NCBI GenBank assembly: GCA_964599475.1
Contig: CAZRFU010000008.1
Coordinates: 34,409-98,408 of the forward strand
From: an uncultured Thermoanaerobaculia bacterium
GTDB taxonomy: Bacteria > Acidobacteriota > Thermoanaerobaculia > Multivoradales > CAZRFU01
Length of the DNA: 64,000 bases
Reading direction: 5' to 3'
The stretch's first letter is position 1. Every line of letters starts with the position of its first letter. The notes under the pieces are model-generated. The model searched no databases. It worked only from the letters and a program-made list of their open reading frames with translations, and was not told the origin of the DNA. This document shows, piece after piece, positions 27,433 to 35,053 of the stretch. Made by a program: the position numbers and the translations under genes.

Positions 27433-29340
27433 CTACCGACGGGCGCTTTCCTCCCGCTCCTCGCGAATCACTTGGACCGGACTTCGCCCTCCGAACCCGG
27501 CGTGTGGGGCCTGTTGCCACTCTCGCTGAGCCGCCATCAAGCGCGTGGCAAGGTCGCTCGAGTCGGTGACCCCACTGCGCAGCAGCTCGTCGCGCCACAG
27601 CAACCAGCGTCGACTGAGCTCTTGGAGCAACTCGGCCTCGTGCATCCCCATCAGGTCGCCCCACTCGGTCCCGTCATCGTCCAGCGGCCCACACGGCAGC
27701 AGCAGCCGGGCAAACCAGTCCTGGCACTGGCCCCTCTGCCACTCGGCGACCTGGGCATCCCAGAAGTAGCCGGGCGGCACGCCGTCCAGGGCACCCCGGA
27801 AGGCTTCCTCATCGCTCAGAACCTCCGCAGCCCATGGACACCAGATGTCCTGGTCGATCGCGAGGTACTCGAAGAAGCGGCTGAGGGAGCCGAGCAGCGC
27901 GCGGCGGCGCCCTTCGCCTTCTTTCACCTTGCGTGGATACCAGTCGTACAGATACTCGCGCAGATCGAGCTCGTGCAGGGCTCGCAGCGGCACACCCTTG
28001 TGGGTGAGAAAAACGCAGAACGTGTCGGCGTGGCGCCGGTGTTTGGCGACCGTCGACTCAGCCAGCCCCTTCGTCTCGATCAGATGCCGCGCGTAGCGCT
28101 CGAGCATCACCTCGTGCTCCGCAGCGAGCCCGGCCACATCGACAAGGTCGTCCGTCGCTGTCGCAACGTGCACAGCCGCGGCGGGTTGAGCGCCGGGCCC
28201 TTGGGCGTCGCCCGGCAGCAGGTCCTCGACCAACCAAGGCACCCGATCGGTGGCCCGCTCGCCTCTCTCGACCACAACCACCGCTTTGGTCTGCGGGTCC
28301 GACCAGGGGCTGGGGTCGGTGCCGGCCCGTGCCCCGCGATCGGCGAAGAAGCGTGGAACCGCCGTCAGCACCGCGATCAGATCCTCGACATCCCGCTGCA
28401 TCAGACCGCCGGCGGGCGTGTTGACGGTGGCGATGCGTGGGTAGGCAGAGGCGCTCGCCACTTCCCACCCCGCCGCTGCCACTTCGGTCCGCATCGAGCG
28501 CGGGATCTTCGAGCCGGAATCGAAAGTCAGCGAGATGATCCGACCGGCCAGGTTGGCGAACAGCTCGCCCTGGCCGAGCTCCCTCATCAGCCTTGAATAG
28601 TCTTCCGGGTCCGAATACAGGGCGATGCCATACTCGTGCCCGCCGGAGCCCAACACGGTGGCAGTCCACGACCGACCCGCCGGGGTCGTCACTCGCAGCT
28701 CGTGGACCGCTTCGCCATGCTTCCACGGAGCCGCACGATAGTAGTTGGCCACCACGTGGAAGAGCTCGCCGATGGTCTGCTTGGGCAGCCCCCAGGCTGC
28801 CCACGTCTCCGGGCAGCAGGGGCGATGGCGAGTTCGCCGTCCGAATTCCTTCGAAAGGAGGGCGAAGGCCGCCTCGTCGAGGTCCGTGAGCAGGCTGGCG
28901 GCAACCGTCGGAACGGGAGTTCGACTCGAAGGCTGTGGGCTCCGGAGCAGGAGCTCTCGACGCAGAGCCGTCGCCACCTCCGCGTCGCGGACGACCACCC
29001 GCTGAGGCAGCATCTCGAATTCCCCCGCGCCGGCCAACACCGCCTCGGCCAAAACCGCGGCCATCCCCTCAGGCTCCGGGGATGCACGGTTGACCACCCT
29101 GCACTGCACGACGAAACCACCCGCCACCACTAAGGCCGCACCCAACCTCGTGGCCGGATCGTCCCTCAAGCCCCCAGGGAGCGGGATCACATCCGCTTCC
29201 CACCGGTCGGCCCCACACACGAGCTCCCGAATCTGCGCAGCGTGCGCCGCCCGGCTGGCAAACCGATCCGATTCGAGACAGCACTTCTTGTACTTCTTCC
29301 CCGAGCCACACGGGCACGGATCGTTGCGGCCGATCGACAT
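27433..29340 (-). CDS. SEC-C motif protein with C-terminal integrase-type SAM-like (core-binding) domain, function unknown
   Basis: N-terminus MSIGRNDPCPCGSGKKYKKCC (SEC-C zinc motif). Later ERYARHLIETKGLAESTVAKHRRHADTFCVFL resembles a phage-integrase N-terminal SAM-like domain. No tyrosine-recombinase catalytic domain. The start was moved to ATG 29340 because the longer ORF runs into a repeat element. Confidence 0.7.
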   Translation of the reverse strand: MSIGRNDPCPCGSGKKYKKCCLESDRFASRAAHAAQIRELVCGADRWEADVIPLPGGLRDDPATRLGAALVVAGGFVVQCRVVNRASPEPEGMAAVLAEAVLAGAGEFEMLPQRVVVRDAEVATALRRELLLRSPQPSSRTPVPTVAASLLTDLDEAAFALLSKEFGRRTRHRPCCPETWAAWGLPKQTIGELFHVVANYYRAAPWKHGEAVHELRVTTPAGRSWTATVLGSGGHEYGIALYSDPEDYSRLMRELGQGELFANLAGRIISLTFDSGSKIPRSMRTEVAAAGWEVASASAYPRIATVNTPAGGLMQRDVEDLIAVLTAVPRFFADRGARAGTDPSPWSDPQTKAVVVVERGERATDRVPWLVEDLLPGDAQGPGAQPAAAVHVATATDDLVDVAGLAAEHEVMLERYARHLIETKGLAESTVAKHRRHADTFCVFLTHKGVPLRALHELDLREYLYDWYPRKVKEGEGRRRALLGSLSRFFEYLAIDQDIWCPWAAEVLSDEEAFRGALDGVPPGYFWDAQVAEWQRGQCQDWFARLLLPCGPLDDDGTEWGDLMGMHEAELLQELSRRWLLWRDELLRSGVTDSSDLATRLMAAQREWQQAPHAGFGGRSPVQVIREEREESARR

Positions 29341-29507
29341 CGCGAAGACCTCCGCCCACCATTCTAGGAGTGCGCGAGGTTGGCAGCCTAACGCGGCGAC
29401 CGCAAGCAAAGTCGGGAGAAGATCCGGACTCGGAAGAAGATCTTTTGGCTCGGGCGACGTTGGTTCAGGTCGTTGACCACGCTTCGCGGTGGTTGTGGCG
29501 CTTCCCC

Positions 29508-29641
29508 GTCGCGCAGTCGCGAGCGGCACGGTGACCGCTGCTGTTTCGGCGCGCGCGCGTGCAGCGAGGCCACTCCGACGGAAACCACCGAGCCGAGCGT
29601 AGCGGAGCGCACGACCTCACGCCCTAGCGGAGGCGAGCCGC
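29508..29641 (+). repeat. Mosaic intergenic repeat, 134-nt core, copy A (flanking modules from about 29418)
   Basis: gtcgcgcagtcgc.agcggcac...gcgcgcgcgcgtgcagcgaggcc...gacggaaaccaccgagccgagcgtagcggagcgcacgacctcacgccc. Near-identical to 34737-34870 and 54897-55030. An upstream module ccggactcggaagaagatcttttgg is shared with copies C and D. Confidence 0.85.
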
Positions 29642-29659
29642 CGACGCCGCCGTCCTCCC

Positions 29660-30361
29660 CTAACCCCTCCCCCGGGCCGACCTCCGACCGTGGTACCAAC
29701 ACAACGGCCCAAGCGCCGCGTACAGCCAGCCCGGGAATCCGACGCGCAAGCCGACCCCGCTGAGTGCCGCCACCACCGACGCTGCTCCGACCGCGACGAA
29801 CAGCAGGTAGTGCCGATGGAGGAACAGGGCCTCGCGAGCCTGATCGGCGCTCAGCCCCAACACCACCCGGCGGCGCCAGGCGTAGCGATACATCAGCGAG
29901 ACGCAGGCAAAAATCGCCGCAAACCCAACGCTGTAGAGCGCAAACAGCTGCCCGAGCTCGGCCCAAGTCGCCACCGCCCCCGGGCCGCCCTGTCCGAAAC
30001 CCGGGATCATCGAGACCATACCGCGAGCCATGAACTTGAGCGGGTAGACGTAGAACAGCAACAGGAACAGCAGGGTGCTGTTGAGGAACACGGTTACGCC
30101 ATCGCCCAGTCGGTAGCGGCGAAAGAAGGCCCGGTGTACGGTCCAGATCGCGAGCAACGCTCCGAAACTGATCGCAAACGAGCCGAATCCCGGCAGCTCC
30201 GCGACCAGCGCCGCGTAGGTGCTCGGGACCTCGAGCGACACGACCAACAGCGTCGCAGCAAACGCGAAGACCGCGTCGCTCAACGCTTCGAGACGCGTGG
30301 AGTCGGGCTGAGACATGAGTCGGGATTGTAGCGAGGACTTCATCACGCTTCGACGGTCCAC
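29660..30361 (-). CDS. TMEM175-family (DUF1211) potassium channel-like membrane protein
   Basis: Signature RLEALSDAVFAFAATLLV in TM1 and a 6-TM layout. The start is ambiguous (ATG at 30361, 30343 or 30316). Confidence 0.8.
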   Translation of the reverse strand: MDRRSVMKSSLQSRLMSQPDSTRLEALSDAVFAFAATLLVVSLEVPSTYAALVAELPGFGSFAISFGALLAIWTVHRAFFRRYRLGDGVTVFLNSTLLFLLLFYVYPLKFMARGMVSMIPGFGQGGPGAVATWAELGQLFALYSVGFAAIFACVSLMYRYAWRRRVVLGLSADQAREALFLHRHYLLFVAVGAASVVAALSGVGLRVGFPGWLYAALGPLCWYHGRRSARGRG

Positions 30362-30458
30362 TCGCTCTCATCGCCGGTACGGCGCCCGAGCGCGTCATCA
30401 CCGTGAAGGCTGTCATCGTCCCGCTGGTACACTCGCAATCTCCACGAGGAGGACGATC

Positions 30459-31055
30459 ATGGCCTGGATCGAAGTGATCTCACTCGAGCGTGCAACCGGC
30501 GCCCTGCGGCGCCAGTACGAGGCCGCCCTGCGCCGAGCCGGACGGATCTGGCGGATCGTGTCGATCATGAGCCAAAACCCCAAGACCCTCGACGCCTCGA
30601 TGGGTCTGTACGCGGCGGTCATGCACGGACCTTCTCCGCTGTCGCGGGGCCAACGGGAGATGTTGGCGGTGGTGGTTTCGGCCACCAACCACTGCGTCTA
30701 CTGACTGCGCGCGCACGCCCACGACCTCCGGGCCGAGGTCGCCGTCAGTTTCGGAATCGAAGACTCGCAGGAAGCCGACGACTTCGTCCACCTGATCGCG
30801 AGCGACTGGCGACGCGCACCCTTGGCCGCCGTCGACCAAGCTCTCTGCGGATTCGCGGAAAAGCTCGCCCGCACTCCCGATGCGATGGAGCCCGCCGATC
30901 TCGAGGCCCTGCGACACCTCGGCCTCGACGATCGCGCAATCCACGATGCGACCCAGGTCGTCGCCTACTTCTCCTACATCAATCGCATCGCCGACGCGCT
31001 CGGCGTCGAGCCGGAGGACTTCATCCGCCCGTGGGAGGAGCGCCGGGAGCCATAG
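30459..31055 (+). CDS. AhpD/carboxymuconolactone-decarboxylase-family peroxidase-related enzyme with in-frame UGA (candidate selenocysteine) at 30702-30704
   Basis: The track splits it into 30315..30704 and 30822..31055, but both are in the same frame with no other stop. The joined 198-aa product MAWIEVISLERATG...SATNHCVY[UGA]LRAH...VVAYFSYINRIADALGV is collinear with the family. The UGA sits where the second Cys of the NxCxYCxxxH redox motif is expected. GAGGAGGA RBS before ATG 30459. Confidence 0.7.
30723..30740 (+). promoter_or_regulatory. GC-rich hairpin 18 nt downstream of the in-frame UGA (candidate bacterial SECIS element)
   Basis: GACCTC cgggcc GAGGTC is a perfect 6-bp stem with a G-rich 6-nt loop. 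One extra C-G pair is possible below the stem. Confidence 0.35.
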
Positions 31056-31122
31056 CGGCGCAATGGACCCTCGGTGGTGCGCAGCGGGTTGAATGCAATC
31101 GGGCCGTCGGGGGACCACTTGC

Positions 31123-31150
31123 CGGGTACCGGGTACCGGGTACCGGGTAC
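31123..31150. repeat. Perfect 4x heptanucleotide array (CGGGTAC)x4
   Basis: cgggtac cgggtac cgggtac cgggtac. Bracketed by a 9-nt direct repeat acttgccgg (31117-31125 and 31149-31157). Intergenic. Confidence 0.9.
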
Positions 31151-31348
31151 TTGCCGGAGCGCGGCGATGGCATTCGCACGCCCAAGCCGACTCGTCACCC
31201 TCAGAGGACAACTTCGCGTCGGCAATGACTGCGCGCGATGAGAATCCGGCGGGGATCGGCTGCGTCTCAGAAATCTGCGGCAGGCACGACGCTTGCTGTA
31301 CCTCCCCCCGACGGCCTCGCTGGTCGCCGTTGCAGAGGAGGACAGCTC

Positions 31349-31975
31349 ATGAAGACCACCACGACCTCTCGCTTTCGCGCCCGAACCCACGGATGGATCG
31401 TCGTCGCCGCCGCACTGGTGAGCCCGGGCCTGGCGCTCGCAGACTTGCCCTCCCCCCACGAGCTGCATCGCGAGGTCCGGGAGCATGTCCACGACGTGTT
31501 GCGGCATCTCGAGCGAGTTCCGGATCACATCGAACGCGCCCATGAACGCCACCTGCAGGTGTTCTTTGGCGGGCGTGAGTACTACCGCCCGCATCGCCAC
31601 GAGCACGTGACCTACCACTTCCCGGTGCGGATCGACGGTCACATCTCGTACCGCCCCTACTCCTACTGCGACGGTCGGCTGATCGGGTCGGCTCGGCCGC
31701 AGTTGTGGATCGATTGGGGTCGCACCGACGCCGGCAGCTGGTGCGACCGCTGCCGCGGCCACTTCCCGCGCAACCACGGCCACTTCGACCACGACCGCTC
31801 CCGCCGCGACCACTACGATCGCCGCGAATATCGCCACGACCGCCGCGAATACCGCGACGACCGGCGTCACGACCGCCGCCGCGAGTGGCGCGACGACCGC
31901 TGCGATCGCTGTGAGCGAGGACGGTGCGACAACGATCATCGCCGCCACAACCACCGCAAGCCCCGTCGCTGGTGA
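31349..31975 (+). CDS. Secreted His/Arg/Asp-rich protein with low-complexity C-terminal tail
   Basis: ATG after GGAGGA. Signal peptide MKTTTTSRFRARTHGWIVVAAALVSPGLALA. Very His-rich body and a DRREYRHDRREYRDDRRHDRRREWRDDR tail encoded partly by a 21-nt tandem duplication (31817-31858). Confidence 0.55.
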   Translation: MKTTTTSRFRARTHGWIVVAAALVSPGLALADLPSPHELHREVREHVHDVLRHLERVPDHIERAHERHLQVFFGGREYYRPHRHEHVTYHFPVRIDGHISYRPYSYCDGRLIGSARPQLWIDWGRTDAGSWCDRCRGHFPRNHGHFDHDRSRRDHYDRREYRHDRREYRDDRRHDRRREWRDDRCDRCERGRCDNDHRRHNHRKPRRW

Positions 31976-32029
31976 CGGCGTGGCACCGCAACTCAGCCCG
32001 AGGAGTCGCCCCGGCCGCCCCTCCCGGCC

Positions 32030-32112
32030 ACGAGCGTAGCGGAGCGCACGACCTCACGGCCAAACGGAGTCGAACCGCCGACGGTGCGGTCCTCGAGGTT
32101 GCGGAACCCGCA
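32030..32112 (+). repeat. Mosaic intergenic repeat, partial copy B (3' half of the core)
   Basis: cgagcgtagcggagcgcacgacctcacggcc...gacggtgcggtcctcgaggttgcggaacccgc matches the right halves of copies C and D. Confidence 0.75.
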
Positions 32113-32138
32113 GCTCCCAAACGTGGCACGATACCGCC

Positions 32139-33071
32139 ATGCGTGTTGCTGCCGCCCAGATTGCTCCCGTCTTCCTCGACCGTGACGCAACCCTCGACCG
32201 CGTCGTAGCCCAGATCGACGCTGCCGCCGACGCCGGTGCCCAGCTCGTCGCCTTCGGCGAGGCGCTGGTGCCGGGGTATCCCTTCTGGCTCTCGCGCCTC
32301 GACGCCGCCCGCTTCGAAGCGCCCGAGATCAAACACCTGCACGCCCTGTCGGTCGAGGCTGCGGTGACGATCGCCGACGGGCATCTCGACGGCGTCTGCT
32401 CTGCGGCCAGGCGGCGGGAGATCGCAGTGGTCCTCGGCATCGTCGAACGGCCGCGGGATCGTGGTGCTTCGCTGTACTGCTCGGCGGTCTCCATCCTGCC
32501 TTCGGGCGCGATCGCCTCGGTGCATCGCAAGTTGATGCCGACCTGGGAGGAACGCCTCGCCTGGGGTGTCGGCGACGGCGCCGGACTGGTCACCCATCAG
32601 CTCGGCCCGTTCACCGTCGGCGCGCTCAACTGCTGGGAGAACTGGATGCCGCTGGCTCGGGCCGCGCTCCAGGCCCAGGGCGAAGATCTACACGTCGCGA
32701 TCTGGCCCGGCAGTACCGGATTGACCCGCGACATCACCCGCTTTGCTGCACGCGAGGGCCGCTCCTTCGTGCTTGCCGCGGGAGCCCTGCTGCGCCAGGC
32801 CGACATCCCCGCCGATCTCCCCTGCCGCGATCGCATCCTCGCCGGGGCCCCGGAGCTGCTCTACGACGGCGGCTCCGCCATCGCCGGACCCGACGGCGAG
32901 TGGATCGTCGAGCCGATCTCCGGTCGCGAGGGGCTGGTTGTCGCCGACCTCGACCCGCGTCGCGTGCTCGAGGAGCGCCACAACTTCGACCCGAGCGGCC
33001 ACTACGCACGGCCCGAGGTGCTCGGCCTCACCATCGATCGCCGCCGCCACAGCGTCTTGCGGGACGAATAG
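32139..33071 (+). CDS. Nitrilase / carbon-nitrogen hydrolase family enzyme
   Basis: MRVAAAQIAPVFLD...LVAFGEALVPGYPFW (catalytic Glu region), HRKLMPT (Lys), LNCWENWMP (Cys). 310 aa. Confidence 0.9.
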   Translation: MRVAAAQIAPVFLDRDATLDRVVAQIDAAADAGAQLVAFGEALVPGYPFWLSRLDAARFEAPEIKHLHALSVEAAVTIADGHLDGVCSAARRREIAVVLGIVERPRDRGASLYCSAVSILPSGAIASVHRKLMPTWEERLAWGVGDGAGLVTHQLGPFTVGALNCWENWMPLARAALQAQGEDLHVAIWPGSTGLTRDITRFAAREGRSFVLAAGALLRQADIPADLPCRDRILAGAPELLYDGGSAIAGPDGEWIVEPISGREGLVVADLDPRRVLEERHNFDPSGHYARPEVLGLTIDRRRHSVLRDE

Positions 33072-33090
33072 GACGGCGGGGGAAGAGGGA

Positions 33091-34170
33091 ATGGTGACGA
33101 GGGAAGGTGTCGGAGACCCAGTGGGCGATCATGCTCGCAGCCAGGTCCGAGAGTACCCGGTACCCGATACCCGGTACCTCGAGCCCACACGCGAGGACCT
33201 GGCCCAGGGAGGACAACGCCCCGACCTTCTGACGGCGGGTGCGGCTCTGGCCCTCTTCCTCGTCTGGAGCAACACCTTCGTGGCGATCTCCTTCCTGCTC
33301 GGTCGCGAAGGCCAACCGGCCCGGCTCGACTGGCTCGAGCTGACCGTCGCGCGTTTCCTGCCGGTGGTGGTGGTGTGTGCCGCGATCGTCGCCTGGCGCT
33401 CGCGCGAGGCGGTGGCGATCCTGCGGCGCCACCCCGGCCGCCTGGTGGCCTGTGGCCTCGCCGCTGTGCCCTGCTACAACCTCGCGCTCTACTGGGGTCA
33501 GGCGCACGGCGTGCCGGCGCCGATCGCGTCGCTCACGACCACACTCGCCCCACTGCTGATGGTGGCGCTCGCCCACTTCACGCTCGGCGAGTCGATCAGC
33601 CGACGCAAGGTGGTCGGGCTGCTCGTGTGCCTCGCCGGCATCGCCGTCGTCAGCCTCGCCCGCTCGGGCGAAGGTGGCAAGGCCTACCCGCTGGTGGTGG
33701 CGGTGACCGCGCTTGCCCCCCTGTGCTGGTCGCTCTTTTCGACCTGGACCAAACCGGTCGCCGGAACCGTCCCGAGTGATCTGTGGACATGGCTGGTGAT
33801 CCTCGTCGGTTCGGTGCCGCTGGTGGCGATCGCACCCTGGCACGGCGGGCCGGCACTGCTGCGCCTCGATGCGGTCGGTTGGGCCGCGATCTTGTTCCTC
33901 GCCCTGCTCGCAACCGTCGGCGGTTTCGCCACCTGGACCTGGTTGCTGCGGCGCCTCCCGGCCTCGACCGTTGGGCTCACCGTGTTCCTCAATCCCCCGC
34001 TCACCACCCTTTCGAAGGTCGTGCTGGCGGCGACCTTCCCGGCAGCCTTCGTCTTTTCGATCACCACCCTCGAATGGATCGGCGGGGCGATCGTGCTCGG
34101 CGGCCTCGCCATCGCTCTCCTCCCGGGCCGGCCGCGGCGCGGCTCCGGCGTTACCGTTTCCACCGCCTAG
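33091..34170 (+). CDS. EamA/DMT-superfamily transporter
   Basis: Ten predicted TM helices with a duplicated EamA pattern. The start is uncertain: ATG 33091 lies upstream of a heptamer array (33153-33178), so the true start may be a non-ATG codon near 33200-33230. Confidence 0.75.
   Translation: MVTREGVGDPVGDHARSQVREYPVPDTRYLEPTREDLAQGGQRPDLLTAGAALALFLVWSNTFVAISFLLGREGQPARLDWLELTVARFLPVVVVCAAIVAWRSREAVAILRRHPGRLVACGLAAVPCYNLALYWGQAHGVPAPIASLTTTLAPLLMVALAHFTLGESISRRKVVGLLVCLAGIAVVSLARSGEGGKAYPLVVAVTALAPLCWSLFSTWTKPVAGTVPSDLWTWLVILVGSVPLVAIAPWHGGPALLRLDAVGWAAILFLALLATVGGFATWTWLLRRLPASTVGLTVFLNPPLTTLSKVVLAATFPAAFVFSITTLEWIGGAIVLGGLAIALLPGRPRRGSGVTVSTA
33153..33178. repeat. Heptanucleotide tandem array (GTACCCG / ATACCCG units)
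   Basis: gtacccg gtacccg atacccg gtacc, between the nitrilase stop and the hydrophobic body of the EamA gene. Confidence 0.8.
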
Positions 34171-34182
34171 GGATTCCGACGA

Positions 34183-34201
34183 GTCCCCGGTACCCGGTAC
34201 C
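34183..34201. repeat. Short heptanucleotide array (about 2.5 units)
   Basis: gtccccg gtacccg gtacc, 13 nt after the EamA stop, directly preceding mosaic repeat copy C. Confidence 0.6.
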
Positions 34202-34248
34202 TTGGTGGCAGTCCTCGATCGGCTCCCACTGCATTAACTCGGCGGCCG

Positions 34249-35020
34249 CAACCGAAGCCGGAACCCAGACCCGGACTCGGAAAAAGATCTTTTGGTTCGG
34301 AGAAGAGCGACCGGGGCTGCCCCGGAGCGTTCACGAGCCGTCGCCGTGGTTGCCGCGTTCCCCCTCCCTCCCTTGCTGGTGAAGGGCGACGAGCTGGCTC
34401 GGGGCCAGCGAAGGTCCGTGCCGCGGGTGCCGCCAGCGCCGCTTGCTCGGGTCGCCTTGCTGGGCGGATATTGAAGTTTCGGTGCGGCGATGGAACAGCT
34501 CATTCCACCGATCCGCGAGCTCCCCTCCGCACCCCCGCCCACTCGCTGACCGGCAGGGGGTCGACGAGGCGGGGATCTGGGATCCGCCTGAAGAGTTGGC
34601 GTTGAGATGGTCCGGTGCACCGACAGCGGAAGCTCCCCCGGAGTCAAGGCAGGGTGGGTGGCGGCGCACGCCTCTTCGCAGCAGTCGTCGAGCCGGAGCG
34701 TCAAGGCGTGAGGTCGTGTGCGAAGCGGCGTCGCGCGTCGCGCAGTCGCAAGCGGCACGATGACCGCTGCTGTTTCGGCGCGCGCGCGTGCAGCGAGGCC
34801 AATCAGACGGAAACCACTGAGCCGAGCGTAGCGGAGCGCACGACCTCACGCCCTAGCGGAGGCGAGCCGCAGACGGTGCAGTCCTCGAACTTCGGGAACA
34901 CGCCGTCGCGCGAGATCAGGGCGAAAAAGTCACACCCTGATCAAAGCCGCGCAAGATCCTTATTGTTAGAGGTTTGCGCAGGCACCGCCGAGAAGATGTC
35001 GCAAGACGCGTGACCTCTCG
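34249..35020 (+). repeat. Mosaic intergenic repeat, longest copy C (about 770 nt, non-coding)
   Basis: Shares several collinear modules with 54569-55110: gcaaccgaagccggaacccagacccggactcggaa.aagatct.ttggttcggaga; ctcgctgaccggc; the 134-nt core 34737-34870; a tail ending acgcgtgac.tct.gcgggg. It fills the whole 880-nt gap between convergent or neighbouring genes. No credible ORF. Confidence 0.85.
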
Positions 35021-35053
35021 CGGGGCAAGCCACTGACAGCACTCTGGGAGAGC

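Noticed and set aside
27433-29340. Calling the SAM-like-domain protein an integrase or mobile-element marker.
   Set aside because: No tyrosine-recombinase catalytic domain or conserved R-H-R-Y residues follow the SAM-like segment. No att-like repeats or tRNA lie adjacent.
29341-29529. N-terminal extension of the SEC-C ORF (MPLATARRGSATTTAKRG...), and similar peptides in ORFs 34234-34758 (-) and 53662-54999 (-).
   Set aside because: The shared peptide is simply the translation of the multi-copy mosaic repeat on the minus strand. The SEC-C family N-terminus (MSIGRNDPCPCGSGKKYKKCC) begins at the internal ATG 29340.
30315-30704. Treating 30315-30704 and 30822-31055 as two separate small genes, as the ORF track does.
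   Set aside because: Both are in one frame and together reconstitute a single full-length AhpD/CMD-family protein. The second would need a TTG start with no RBS. The split falls exactly at the redox motif. A selenoprotein or a single-nonsense pseudogene are the better explanations.
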